The notes under the pieces are model-generated. The model had not been told where the DNA came from and searched no databases. It saw only the letters and a program-made list of their open reading frames with translations. Source: the human T2T-CHM13v2.0 reference genome, Homo sapiens. Taken from it: a stretch of DNA of 64,000 bases. Position 1 is the stretch's first letter. Each line of letters starts with the position of its first letter. Position numbers and translations under genes: made by a program. The stretch is taken from NCBI RefSeq assembly GCF_009914755.1, contig NC_060938.1, one strand, 5' to 3'. Positions 1 to 16,365 of the stretch are shown one piece after another.

Positions 1-684
1 CATTGCCTTTAAAGCGTGTCCCCTGGGAGCCTGAGCCAGCTCATCAGTTACACCTGAATATAAAAGGGAAAGGTGTCCTCCCCCTGCCCCCCGCATGTGG
101 TTATTAAAGCGCGCCATCTTTAAGCCTCATTAAGGAGTGTTAAATGCTAATGAATTTAGAGAGAGGGGTGTCTTGGGGCCTCTGTTTCCTTGGAAACATT
201 TGAAAGCAGGTGCTTTATAATGAGCTGTACCTATTTAAAAGTGAGCCGTGAGGGCCACTTTGATAAGCTGGATCTCAGCTGCAGATGGGCAAGTGTGAAC
301 AAAGCCAGTGGAGGCCAGTGGAGACGCTTTGTGCTCTGTGAAATATCATTTCTCTGGTGGTTTCTATAGAAACCACTGGCACCTAGGTAGGAGAATTGCC
401 GGGCTCCCCGGCTTCACTTACACATCACAACCTTGTCCCCAGCCCTGGCCACCTCAGCCCCCGTCCCCGAAGACTGCTGGATTCCCGTTGGCAGAGCGGG
501 GTTGGGTTCTGGACAGATGGGACAGATGCATGCTACCGCAGGTGTAATTCGCTTTAATTATGTCTGTTCTGTACCCACTGCTTGATTTCAGTTGGTCCCA
601 CCTCTGCTTATGATTTCAGGCCCAGCTGATAAGAAGAACTAACATTTGTGGAGCTAATTCCTCCCCTCAGAGCACTTTAAAGAA

Positions 685-2655
685 ACTTTTTATTATTGAA
701 AAATGTAAATATATACCAAAGTAGAAAGACTAATTAATGAACCTTTATGCAACCAGCATCCTGTTTTAACAATTATAAAATTATGGCCATGCTTATTTTA
801 TCCATAATCCTACCCATTTCCCAATAGTCTCCACCCTCCTCACCCTCACCACTGATTATTTTGAAGCAAATCCCAGACATCCTGTCATTTTATTTGTAAA
901 TACTTTTGTTTCTTTAAAAGGTGTGGGCTTAAAAAACTGTTATCCCATCTAGTAATTTGGCAATAATTCCTTAATATCATCCACTCTCTAATCCATGTTC
1001 AGATTTCCCTGGTTGTCTCATAATTTGCTTTAAACAGTGCCTTGTTCAAATCAGGACCCTAACATTTGATTTCTAAGTCTCTTAAGTCTATAGATTTCTT
1101 TCCTACTTTCTTTTTCTTATAACTTATTTATTGGGTAATAAATCAGTTATTTTTCCTGTATCTTTCTTACTGTATCCCTCTGATGTAATTTAACACATTC
1201 CTCTGTTCCTTCTGTATGTCTTATGAACTGGTGGTTTCATCTTAAAGCAGGTCACTGGGGGAGCTTGTGAGTCTGCTGCTGCTTCCAAGGCTCATCCCTA
1301 TTGTATGTATCAGCATTCCTTGTTGCTGAGTCATAGTCCATTGTATGGACATACCGCAGTTTGTTTATCCAGTCACCTGTGGATGGACGTTTTGAGTTGT
1401 CTCCAGTTTTTGGCTGTTATGAGTAAAGCTGCTGAGAACGTTCATGAACAGGTCTGTATGTGAATATACATTTTCCTTTCTTTGGGTAAATAACTGAGAG
1501 TGGAATTGCTAAGTGGTGTAGTATATATATATTTAAATTTTTAATAAGTCACCAAACTGTTTCCAAAGTGGTTGTACCATTTTGCATTTCCATCAGCAGT
1601 GTGGGAAAGTGTCAGTTGCCTCACATTCTCACCAACACTTGGTGTTGTCAGTCTTTTTCATTTTAGTTATTTTAGTGGGTGTGTAGTAGTATCTGATTGT
1701 GGCTTTAATTTCTTCTCCCTGATGACTAATGATGGTGAACATCTTTTTGTGGGCCTATTGACCATTTGAATGTCTTGTTTTGTGAAGGATCTGTTCAAAG
1801 TATTTGCCTATATAAATTTATTATTATTGAGTTCTAAGAGTCTTTCTATATTCTGGAATTATTTTCTCCTATTACATAGGTTTTTGTGTTCTAAGAAATC
1901 TTTACCTATCCTAATGTTGCAAAGATTTTCTCCTATGTCTTCTTCTAGAAGTTTCATAGTTTTTGCCATACATTTATTCAGGGCTATGGTATATTTTCAG
2001 TTAATTTTTGTTTATGGTGTGAGGTAAGGTCAACAGTTATTTATTTCTTTTGCTATGTGGGATACCCAGTTGTTTTGGCAGCATTTGTTGAAACGACATT
2101 ATTTTCCTCATTAGATTGTTTTTGGAGCCTTGGTGGAAAATCAATTTGCCACATGAGGTTCTCTTTCTGGCTTGTCAGTTCTGTTCTATTGATTGATGTG
2201 TCTATCATTTTACCAATATCATACTCTTTTGGTTACTGTAGCTTTATAATAATTTTTGAGATTGAGAAGTTTAAGCCTCAAACTTTGCTTTTCTTTTTCA
2301 AGATTTTTCTGGCTATTCTAGGTTCTTTACATTCGTATTTCAATTTTACAATCAACTTATCTTTTTCTACAAAGATATCTATTGGGTCCAATCTGTAGAT
2401 CAGTTTGGGGATAATTGACATCTTAATAATGTTGCATCTTCTTATCCATGAACATAGCACATCTCTTCATTTATTTAGCTCTTCTTTAGTTTCTGTCAGC
2501 TGTGTTTTGTAGTTTTCAGTGTTTGATGTTACACATGTTGTATTAATTTATTCCTCAGTTTCTCATGTTTTTGGATACTAATGTGAGTGGAATTTTATAT
2601 TTTATTTCATTTTCCAGTTGTTTGGTATTAGTATATAGAAATACTATTAACTTTC
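685..2655 (-). mobile_element. Old LINE-1 (L1M-type) 3' fragments, antisense; resumes at ~5195
   Basis: L1 3'UTR/ORF2 antisense signatures such as ttccaaagtggttgtaccattttgcatt and ccagcacc-like tracts; decayed ORF2 peptides on the - strand (MLCSWIRRCNIIKMSIIPKLIYRL). Confidence 0.85.
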
Positions 2656-5194
2656 TTTTTAAAAAAATAATTTCAACTTTTATTTTAGATCCAGGGGATA
2701 CACGTGCAGGTTTGTTACCTGGGTATAATGCGTGATGTTGAGGTTTCGGGTATGATTGATCCCTTCACCCAGTTACTGAGCATAGTACTCAACAGTTAGT
2801 TTTTCAACCCTTGCCCGCTCCCTCCCTCCACCCTCTAGACCACAGTGTCTATTGTGCCATCTTTATTTCCACAAGTACCCAAAGTTTAGCTTCCACTTAT
2901 AAGTGAAAACATGGAGTATTTTTGTTTTCTGTTCCTGCATTAATTTGCTTAGGAAAATGGTCTCCAACTTCATCCGTGTTGCTGCAAAGGACATGATTTC
3001 ATCCTTTTTTATGGCTGCATAGTATTCCATGGTGTATATTTGCCACATTTTCTGTATTCAATCTACTGTTGATGGGCACCTAGATTGATTCCATGTCTTT
3101 GCTATTGTGAATAGTGCTGTGATGAACACGTGAGTGCATGTGTCTCTTTGGTAGAATAACATTTTCTTTTGGATATATACCCAGTAATGGGATTGCTGGG
3201 ATAAATGGTAGTACTGTTTTATGTTCTTTGAGAAACCTCCAAACTGCTTTCCACAATGGCTGAAATAACTTACATTCCCACCAACAGAGTATAAGTGTTC
3301 TTTTTTCTCTGCAGCCTTGCTAGCACCTGTTATTTTTTTGACTTTTTAGTAATAGCCATGCTGTCTGGTGTGAGAAGTTATCTCATTGTGATTTTGATTT
3401 GCATTTCTCTGCTGACTAGTGATGTTGAACATTTTTTCATATTTGCTGGCTGCCTGTATGTCTTCTTTTGAGAAGTGTCTATTCATGTCTTTGGCCCATT
3501 TTTTAATAGGGTTATTTGTTTTTTTGCTTGTTCAATTGTTTAAGTTTCTTATAGATTCTGGATATTACAGCTTTGTCAGATGCGTAGTTTGCAAATATTT
3601 CTCCTATTCTGTAGGTTGTCTGTTTACTCTCTGGATAGTTTATTTTGCTGTGCAGAAGCTCTTTGGTTTAATTAGGTCCTGCTTGTTAATTTTTGTTTTT
3701 ATTGCAGTTGCTTTTGAGGACTTAGCAATAAATTCTTTCCTAAGGCTGATGTCCAAAATGATGTTTCCTAGGTTTTATTTTTATAGGATTCTTAAAGTTT
3801 GAGGTCTTACATTTAAATGTTGAGTTAATTTTTGTATATGGTGAAAGGCAGGGGCCAGTTTCATTTTTTTGTATATGGCTAGCCATCTATCCCAGCACCA
3901 TTTATTGCAAAGGGAATCTTTTCCCCATTGCTTATTTTGGTTGACTTTGTTGAAGATCAGATGGCTGCAGGTGTGCAGCTTTATTCTGGGTTCTCTATTC
4001 TGTTTGATTGGGCTATGTGTCTGTGTTTGTACAGTACTATGTTGTTTTGGTTACTGTAGCCTTATAGTATAGTTTGAGGTCAAGTAATAGGATGTCTCCA
4101 GCTTTGTTCTTTTTGCTTAAGATTGCTTTGGCTATTTGGGCTCTTTTTGGGTTTCATATGAATTTTAGAGCAGTTTTTTCTAGTTCTGTGAAAAATGATA
4201 TTGGTAGTTTGATAGGAATAGCATTGGATCTATAGAGTGCTTTGGGCAGTATGGTCATTTTAATGATATTGATTCTTCGAATCCATGAGCACGGAATGGT
4301 TTTCTATTTGTTTGTGTCGTTTATGATTTCTTTCAGCAGTATTTTGTAGTTCTCCTTGTAGAGATCTTTCACCTTCTTGGTTAGATGTATTCCTAGGTAT
4401 TTGTGTTTTTTTTTTTTTTTTATGGCTGTTGCAAATGGTATTGCAAATGGGATTGTATTCTTGATTTGTTCTCAGCTTGAATGTTATTGGTGTATAGAAA
4501 TGCTACAGATTTTTACACATTGAATTTTTATCTTGAAACTTTACTGAAGTCATTTATTAGTTCCAGGAGCCCTTTGGCATAGTCTTTAGGGTTTTCTAAA
4601 TATTGAATAATATCATCTGTGAAGAGAGATAGTTTGACTTATTTTTTCCTATCTCAATGCCCTTTATTTCTCTTGCCTGACTCATTCTACAAAGCCAACA
4701 TTTCATACCAAAACTTGGCAAGAAAAAAAGAAAACTACAAGCCAATATCCCTGATGAACATAGATGCAGAAATCCTCAACAAAATACTAGTGAACCAAAT
4801 CCAGCAGCACATCAAAAAGTTAATTCACCATGATCAAGTAGGCTTCATTCCTCGGATGCAAAGTTGGTTCATTATATGTGAATCAACAAATGTGATTCAC
4901 CACATAAACAGAATTGAAAACAAAAATAATATGATTATCTCAATAAACACAGAAAAAGCTTTCAATAAAATCCAACATCCTTTCGTGATAAAAACCCTCA
5001 AGAAACTAGGCCTTGAAGGAACATACCTTAAAATAAAAAGAGCTGTCTATGACAAACCCACAGCCAACTTCATACTGAATGGGCAAAAACTGGAAGCATT
5101 CCCCTTGAGAACTGGAATAAGACAAGGGTGCCTACTCTCACCATTCCTAATTCAATGTAGTACTGGAAGTCCTAGCCAGAACAATCAGGCAAGA
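2656..5194 (-). mobile_element. L1PA (older primate, roughly L1PA13-16-like) 5'-truncated, 5'-inverted insertion; 2656-4680 antisense, 4681-5194 sense
   Basis: 3' end tttcaacttttattttagat...gtgcaggtttgttac. The sense part encodes RT peptide [20 protein letters not shown]...HDQVGFIP...[10 protein letters not shown]. It interrupts an older L1M. Confidence 0.9.
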
Positions 5195-6724
5195 TACAGG
5201 ACTCTTTTATATGGACTGTGTATCATGTGACCTTACTAAAATTCACTTCTTAGTTCTTGTAGCTTTTTCCTAGATTACTTAGAAATTTTAATTTACATGA
5301 TCATGTAGTCTGTATTATTTTACAGCTTTCTTTCTAATGCATGTGCAATTATTTATTTTTCTTGCTGTATTACAATGACTAGAACTTTCGGTACAATACT
5401 GAATAGAAATTGTGAAAATGGACATTTTTGTCTTGTTTCTCATTTTGTAGGGAAAACAATCAGTCTTTTACCATTAAGTATGATGTTAGATGTTGGTTTT
5501 TCATAGATACCTTAAGTCAGTTTAAGAAAGCTACCTTCTATTCTTAGTTGTATGAATTTTTTAAAAATCATATATTGGTGTTGAATTTTGTCAAAAATGA
5601 TTTTACTACATCTATATGTTTTCCTATGTTCTGCTAATATGTTGAATTACATTGATTTTTTTTAAAGTTAAACCATATCTTTCCTATTTGGTTTTATGAT
5701 ATATTGTCCTTATATAGAGTTTAATTCAAGTTGCTAATAATTTGTTAAGGATTTTTAAAATCTATGTTAATGAGGATTATTGATCGATACATTTTTTCCT
5801 ATATTCTTTGTCTCATTTTGATGTGAGATTAATATTGACCTCAGAAAAGTGAACTGAGAAATGTTCTCTACTTATGTTTTTGAATGTTTGTATAAGATTG
5901 GTATTATTTCTTCCTTAAATGTTTGATAGAATTCAGCAGTGAAGACATCTGGACACAAGACTTTCTTTGTAGGTAGATATTGAATCACAAAAAAAATTAA
6001 CTATGTGTAACGTGGGCCATTCAGGTGTCCTATTTCTCCTTTAGTTGTTTTTGTTATCTTTTATCTTCTAAGGAATTTTTCCATTTTATCTAAATTGTCA
6101 AATTTATTGCTCTAAAATTGTTTTTAACTTTATTTTTTAATGGCTGGGGTGTCTTCATTTCTTCTTGTTGATCTGAGTGCCAATCTGGTATCACTACCCC
6201 CCAGGCTGCAGAACTTCCTTTAGCATTTCTTATAATACAGGTTTGTGGTGGGGAATTCTCTGTTTTTGTTTATCAAAAATGTCTTTATTTTTCCTTCATT
6301 TTTGTCGTGTCCTGCCCTTTTTATACTTTTATGGAAATATAACTGACATACAATAAGCTGCACATATTCAAAATGTACAGTTTAAGTTTTCATATATGTA
6401 TACATCCATGAAATAGTTACCACAATCAAGATAAATAATGCATCCATTACCTTCAAAAGTTTTTGTGCCCCTGTGTTTACTTCTAGAAGTTGTATAGTTT
6501 TGGGCTTCATATTAAAGTCTGTGATCTATTTAGTATTAATTTTTTGTGTATGGTACAGGTATGGATGTAGTTTCATGTTTTTGCCTGTGGATAATCAAAT
6601 TTCTGCAGCATTTGTTGAAAACAATATCTGTGCCTTTACCTCTCTGTGGAAATCAATTGGCTAAATAGATTTAGGTCTATTGTTGTACTCTCTCTTCTGT
6701 TCCATTGATTTCTTTTTTTTTTTA

Positions 6725-7045
<321 letters not shown>

Positions 7046-7162
7046 TTAGAGACAAGGGTTTCACTGTGTCATCCAGGCAGTGGCACGATCATGGCTCCTG
7101 CAGCCTGGAACTTCTGGGCTCAAGCGATCCTTCTGCCTCAATCTCCTGAGTAGCTGGCACTA

Positions 7163-7709
<547 letters not shown>

Positions 7710-9918
7710 TAATGAATCTTGAAATCAGCTCGTATAAGTCTTCCACCTTTGTTCTGACTACTGTAGGTTCTTTGCATTTACATTTCAGTTTTACAATTGC
7801 TTTGCCAATTTATGCAAAAAAAAACTGGCTTGAACTTTAAATGGTATTGCATCTCATCTGTAGAGCAATTTGGGAAAGAATTGTACTGCCAACAATTTTG
7901 TTTCTTTCAACCCATAAGCATAGTATACTTCTCTATTTACTGAAGTCTTTAATTTTTCTCACCAATGTTTTGTAGTTTTCATAGTGTAGGTCTTTCACAT
8001 TTTTTTGTCAGAATTTATCCCCAAGTATTTATATTTTGATGCTATTGTAAGTGATATTTTAAAATTTCAGCTTCTGGTTGCTCATGGTTAGTATATAGAA
8101 AAATTGTGGCTATGTGAATTTTCACCTTGAATTCTGTAACTCTTCTAAACTCATTTATTAGTTCTGGTTGTTTCTTTGTAGATTCTATTGGATTTTCTAT
8201 ATAGATAATCATGTTGTCTGTTAATAAAGTCAGGTTTAGTTATTCTTTTCCAATCTGGACACTATCTGTCTATCTCTATCCTCTCTCTCTCTCATCTATT
8301 TTCTCTCTTCATCCCTCCCTCCCTTCCTCCTTTTCTCCTTCCCTTCCTTCCTTCCTTTCTTGTTTCCTTATTGCACTGGCTCAAACCTCTAGAACAGTGT
8401 TGTCTAGAAGTGGTGAGAGTGTGCATCCTTGCCTTATTTCTGATCATAGAGGGAAAGTATTCTCTTTCAGTTACATATGATGTCAACTAGTTGTTTTGTA
8501 CATGTCCCTATCAGTTTGAATGTACTCCCTTTTATTCATAGTTTGCTGAGAGTTTTTTAAAAATCATGAATGAATGTTAGATTTTGTTAAATGCCTTTTC
8601 CCATTTATTGAAATGATCATGTGTGGTTTTTTTATTCTGTTAATATGGTGGATTTTGTCAGTTGATTTTCAAATATTAGAACAGCCTTGCATTCCTGGGA
8701 TAAACTTCACTTGATCATAATATATTATTCCCTTTGTATAATTTGGAATTATATCAGCTAAAGTTGTGTTAGGAATTTTTGCATCTATGTTTATGAGGGT
8801 TATTGATCTGAACTTTTTTTATTATAATATCTTTGTATGGGTTTGGTATCAGGGTAATTCTGGCTTCATAGAACAAATTGGGAAATGTTCATTTCTCATC
8901 AATTTTCTGGAAGACTTCGTGTAAAAATTGACATTATTCCTTAAATGTTTGCTAGAATTGACTAGTGAAGCTGTCTTGGCCTGAAATTTTCTTTGTGGGA
9001 AGATTTGAAATTTTAAATAAAATCTACTTAGTAAATATAGGGCTATTCTGATTTTCTATTAATCTTTGAGTGACTTTTGATAGCTTGTGCCTTTCAAGAA
9101 ATTTGTCCATTTCATCAAAGTTGTCCAATTTTTTGGCATAAAGTTTTTTGTAATGTTATTTTTAAAAATCTGTATAATCTGTGGTGATACCACCTCATTT
9201 CTCTCAGTGCTGATATTGGTGATTTTTGTCTTCTCTGTTTTTTACTCTGATCAGTCTAGCTAGAGGCTTATAAATTTTATTGATCAAGTATCAGATTTTC
9301 ATTTTATTGTCTTTTACTCTTTCTTTTCTTTTTACAGAACTCATTGATTTCTTTTCCTATCTTATTTCCTTTCTTTCACAAAAACCTTGAATTTAATTTT
9401 CTTTTTCTAGTTTCTTAAAGTGTAAGCTGAGGTCATAGTTTTGAGACTTTTATTCTTTTCCGATTATAGATGTTCAATACTATTGATTTTTCTCTAGGTA
9501 TTTCAGCTGCACTACCCAAGCTGTTGATATATTGCATTTTCATTTTCATTCAGTTCAAAATACTTTCTGATTTCCTTTTGGTTTCTTCCTGATCCATGAT
9601 TTATTTAGAAGTGTGCTCGTTAGGTTCCAAACACTTGGGAACTTTTCAGATGCCTCTTTGTTATTTTTTCTAATTCAATTCCATTGTGGTCACAGTACAT
9701 ACATTGTATATTTGAATTCTTTTAAATTTATTTAGATTTTTTTGATGTTTTAAAATATGGTCTATCTTGGTAAATGTTCTGTGTGCACTGAAAAGAACGT
9801 GTGTTCTGTGGTTGTTGGGTGCAGTGTTCTATAAATGTCAATTACGTCAAGTTGGTTGATAGTGTTATTTAAATTTTCTATATCCTTTCTGTTTTTTCTG
9901 TCTATTCTATAAGAGCTG

Positions 9919-10283
9919 TGCTATACTTTGAACGTATGTATCCCTCCAAAATTTATATGTTGGAACTTAAACCCCAAAGGGATGGTATTAGGGGGTGGGG
10001 GCACATAAGGGGTAGATTACGTCATGAGGGCTCCACCTTTGTTAGTGTAGTTAATGCCTTTATAAAAGGGCTGGAGGGAACAAGGTGGGCCCTTTTTTAC
10101 TCTTCCATCTCTTCTGCCATGTGAGGACAAGCAAGAAGGTGCAAGCCCTCACCAGACACTGAATCTGCTGGCACCTCAATCTTGGACTTCCCACCATCCA
10201 GAAATGGGAGAAGTAAATATCTATTATTTATAAATTGCCCAGTCTAAGGTATTTTGTCCTAGCAGCAGGAATGCACTAAGACA
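9919..10283 (+). mobile_element. MaLR solo LTR (MSTC/MSTD-like)
   Basis: TG...CA termini (tgctata...ctaagaca); internal ttataaaagggctggagggaac and ccctcaccagacactgaatctgctggc. Confidence 0.8.
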
Positions 10284-10445
10284 AGGCTTGCAATTTGTGT
10301 CTCTAAGAGTGGATTTGTCTACTTCCTTTTTCAGTTCTGTTAGTTTTCCTGCATTTATTTTGAAGTTGTTACCAGGTGCATACACAGTTAGGATTATCAT
10401 GTTCTCCTAATGAATTGATTCTTTTATCATTGTGAAAGGACCCTC

Positions 10446-10582
10446 TTTTTTTTTTTTCTTTTTTTTGAAACAGAGTCTCACTGGGTTGCCCAGGCTGGTC
10501 TCAAATTCCTGAGCTCAAGTGATCCTCCTGCCTCGGCCTCCTAAAGTGCTAGGATTACAGGCATGAGCCACTGTGCCCAGCC
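10446..10582 (-). mobile_element. Alu monomer (FLAM-like) with target-site duplication
   Basis: Monomer flanked by tgaaa(g/a)gaccctcttt on both sides. Confidence 0.85.
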
Positions 10583-10639
10583 ATGAAAAGACCCTCTTTA
10601 TCCCTTTATTCTTTACTCTGAAATCTACTTTGGTATTAA

Positions 10640-10990
<351 letters not shown>

Positions 10991-12359
10991 CTTTTTTACT
11001 TTTAACCTATTTGTATCTTTATATTTAAAGTTTGTTTATTTTAGGCAGCATATAGCTGGATCTTGCTTCTTTATTTTAAACCTGTCTAACAATCTCTTCT
11101 TTCGAACTAGGTTATTTGTCCTGTTTTAATTTATTATGATTATTGATATGGTTGGGTTTAAATCTGCTACCTTGCTATTTTTTTTTATTTGTTCCATCTC
11201 TTCTCCCCCATCCATTTTTTTCACTTGGATTAATTTAGTATTTTTATGATTTCATCTTAATCTTTTTTGTTGCTTTATCATCTGTGGCATTGTGCTGTGG
11301 GGTTTGTTTTTTTAAAATGATTGTCTGCATTTAAGTCACATTATATCTCTTTTTCTGTAAGAACCTTAGAGCAGTATTCAGATTTTCAGTTTCTCCCCTC
11401 AGGGTCTTTGTGCTATTACTGTCATACATTTTTCACTCTTACTTATGTTACAATCTCCAACATTGTTATTATTTTTGCTGGAAGTAGCCAATAATTTTAA
11501 AAATATTTTAATAATAAAAAGATATTATCTATTTTCCTACATATGTATTATTTCTATTGCTTTTCATTTTTGGGTGTAAATTTAGATCTGGTATCATTTT
11601 CTTTGTGCCTTAAGGACTTCCTTTAACATTTCCTGTATTTTTGGTCTGCTAGTGATAAATTATTTCAGCTTTTATTTGCCCAAAAAAATCTTTAGTTTGT
11701 CTTTTGTCTAAAAGATATTTATGCTAGGTAAAGAATTTGGGGTTGATGATTTTTTTCTCTTCCAGTACTTTAAACATGTCACTCAATTGTCACTAGTTTG
11801 CTCTGTTTCCAATGAGAAGTCTGCTGTATTTCTCATCTTTGCTTTTCTGTATATAATGCATCTTTTCTCTGTCTGCTTTTTAAGATTTTTCTCTTTACCA
11901 TTGGCTTCAAGCAATTTAAACAATGGGCCTTGGTGTAATTTTTCTCTATGTTTCTTAGGCTTTGTTTAGTTTCTTTTATCTGTGAGTTTATAGTTTTAAT
12001 CAATGTATTATAGTCTTTTATCTGTGGGTTTACAGTTTAATCAAATTTGGAAAATTTTTGCTCGTAGTTTTTTCAATTTTGTTTGTCCCCGAAACCCCAC
12101 CCCTCATCTCCCTGTCTCACTTACATTCATATTCAGGGTTTTTGGATTTATTCCATAGCTCACTGATCCTCTGTTCTTCCATATCTTCAAATTTAGTAAT
12201 CATATCTTATGCAATTTTTAATCTATTAATAGCGGGGCATTGTTTTATATCACTTCTACATGTTTGATTTGGGTCTTTAAAAGATATCTTTCATGTGTAT
12301 TATCCTTAACATTCTCATACTGTCCGCTACCTTCTTGAGCATACAGTATATAGTCATAA

Positions 12360-12741
<382 letters not shown>

Positions 12742-13685
12742 TGACAGATTTTTTTTTTTTCATTATGGGAAGCATTTTCTTACCTCTTTCCAGGTCTGGT
12801 AACTTTTGATTGGATGCCAGACATTGTGAATTTTACTTTTTGGGTATTCAGTATTTTGTTGTGCTTTACATATTTTGAGAGATTTTTTGGATGCGGTTGT
12901 ATTGCTTGATAACGGTTTGATTTTTCAGAGGCTTGCTGTTAGGCTTTGTTTGGTGGAACAAAAACAGCCTTTAGACTAGGGCCAATTTTGCCTCATTTCT
13001 GAGGTTATACTCTTGTGAGTACTCTATCCAATGCCATGTGTATTTCAAGGTTTTCCCCCTCTGACTGGTGGGAAAATGAATGATTCCTAGCTCTGTGTGA
13101 AACTTGGCAATTGTTTTGCTTATTCTCTTTTGGTGGTTCCTTTCCCGGTTTGTGTAGTTTCCTCACATGAATGCACTGATTAATATTTGTGTTACTTATT
13201 ATAAAGAAAGGAGTGTTAATATCTCCAGGTAAAATCGTGGACTTGTATGGTTTCTCCTTTCAATTCCATCAGTTTTTGCTTCATGTATTTTGAAAGTCTG
13301 TTATTAGGTATATACATATTTAAGGTTGTTATGTCTGCTAGATGAATTGACACTTGTACGTTTTCATTGTATTCCTCTTATTCCTGGCGGTTTTCCTTGT
13401 TCTGAAGTCTACTTTGCCTGCTATTAATATGGTCACTTCAGCCCTCATTTGGTTATTTTTAATATGGTATATTTTTTTATCCTTTTACTTATAAGCTATG
13501 TATTTTATTATATTTAAGGTGGCTGTCTTGTAGACTAGATACAGTTGGATCTTTTTAAATGTTAATCTGAAAGCCAATTGGACAATCTGTCTTTTAGTTG
13601 GAGATTTTAGACAATTTATATTTAATGTAATTACTGCTATGGTTGACTTTGGCCTGTCATGTTATTATTTTATTATTTGTCTCTG

Positions 13686-13849
13686 TTTTTTTTTTTTTTA
13701 AAGGAGATGGGATCTCACTCTGTCACCCAGGCTGAAGTGCAGTTGTATGATCATAGATCACTGCAGCCTTGACCTTCTGGGCTCAAGCAGTCCTCCCACT
13801 TCAGCTTCCCAAGTAGCCAGGACCACAGGCATGAGCCACTGCACCTGAC
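13686..13849 (-). mobile_element. Old Alu monomer (FRAM/AluJ-like)
   Basis: Poly-T followed by a single diverged arm. Confidence 0.8.
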
Positions 13850-13861
13850 ATATCTCCTCTG

Positions 13862-14096
13862 TTTTTTTTTTTTTTTTTTTTTTTTTTTTGAGACGGAGTC
13901 TCGCTCTGTCGCCCAGGCTGGAGTGCAGTGGCACAATCTCGGCTCACTGCAAGTCCCGCCTCCAGGGTTCACGCCATTCTCCTGCCTCACGCCTGGCTAA
14001 TTTTTTGTATTTTTAGTAGAGATGGGGTTTCACCGTGTTAGCCAGGATGGTCTGGATCTCTTGACCTCATGATCCACCCGCCTCGGCCTCCCAAAG
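13862..14096 (-). mobile_element. AluY, 5'-truncated with an internal deletion
   Basis: AluY diagnostics; sequence jumps cctgcctca|cgcctggctaa; TSD ctcctctgttttt at 13854 and 14097. Confidence 0.9.
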
Positions 14097-14280
14097 CTCC
14101 TCTGTTTTTATTCCACTTGCTCTTTTCCTGCCTTCTTTGGATTATTTTAACATTTTTATTATATCATATTATTTTATCTATTAGCTTTTTGGTTATGTCT
14201 CTTTGTATTATACCTTTAAATTGTTGCTGTAAGGACTACAATATACATGCCTAATTTTTCACAATTCTACTTATTGTTAA

Positions 14281-14629
<349 letters not shown>

Positions 14630-15364
14630 ATGATTCTTCTAACCAGATAAGCCTTTTTACCCCCTACCCTGTAAGTTAAAATTGTGTTATGGATTACATC
14701 TACATACATTGAAGATCCCCTTCCCAGACAATGCTATATATTTTTTTCAAGAGTCATACGTATTTCATATAACTTAAGTGAAAAAATGATTTTTTATATC
14801 TACCTAATCATTTACCGTTTTTTGCTGCTGTTCCTTCATCCCTGAAGCTCCAAGTTTTCCTCTGGCATTATTTCCTGTCAGCCTGAGGAACTTCCTTTAG
14901 CATTTGTTTTAGATAGATCAGGTCTGTTCATGACAAATTCACTTAGTTCTTCTTCATTTGTAAAGGCCTTCATTTCCTCTTTATTCCTGAAAGATATTTT
15001 TGCTGTCTGTAAAATTTTGGATTGATGCTAATTTACCACTTTCAGTATGTTCCGCTGTTTTCTGGTCTCCATAGTTTCTGATGATACATTTATGGTATTT
15101 CAAATTGTTCTCCTCTGTGTAATTCTTCATTTTTTTTTTTCCTGGGCACTGTCAAGGTTTTTTCTTTGAGGTTTTTAGCAGTTTGATTGGGATATGCAGA
15201 ACATGGTTTGTATTGTGTTTTTTCTTTTTAATTTATCCTCTTTGTGGTTGCAGAGTCTCTTGACTTTTTAACCAAATTTGGGAACAGTTTACTCAATATT
15301 TCCTTAAATATTCTTTCTTTTGGGTACTGCTGTCTTCACCTTCTCCTTTAAGAACTCTGTTGAT

Positions 15365-15685
<321 letters not shown>

Positions 15686-16365
15686 TTAAGCTTTTGATAT
15701 TATCTCATAGATCCCCAAAGCTCTGTTTATTTTTTTCTTCAGCTTGATCATTTGGGCAGAATGAGGGATTTATTTCAGAATGTTTGGTGTCCATGCCCAC
15801 TATGTACTGCCTTAATCCAGTCAGTCTTTGGGTCAACAGCAGGAGTTAAAACACAAAAGTGAATACCAACTGGGAACCTCATCTGCCATACTGGTCTTTA
15901 TTCAAATTTTGACTTCCTTTCCCAACCCACCTGCTATTATTGACTTTTCAGAGTCTTCAGGTAGTTGCTTTTAAAATTTTGTCCAGAGTTTTTTTGTGTG
16001 TGTGTGTGTAATTTATAGGGGGGAGAGAGAGAGAGAGAGAGAGAGATGCATAGTGGGTTTACTCCATTTCAGGTTTACATTAGATTTGTTCATTTTAAAA
16101 TTTAGAATTTTTTTCTATCTGGTACATGTTGCATAATTTTAATTGCTATGTCTTCTAGTTTACTAACGGTTTCTTTTGCAGTGTCTCATCTGCTGTTAAT
16201 CCCATCTAATGTATTTTTCATCTCAAACATTGCATACTTCATCTCTTGAAGTGTGATTTGGATCATATATGTATATATGATTCATTAAAAGTTATTATAA
16301 CTCCATAACATATGTTTAAGAAGGTAGAGGAGAGACTGACCATGGTAAGTAGAGATATGGAAGAC

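Noticed and set aside
4619-5230. 203-aa reverse-transcriptase-like ORF as an active or novel RT system
   Set aside because: It is the inverted arm of a truncated L1 with a partial, frameshifted RT.
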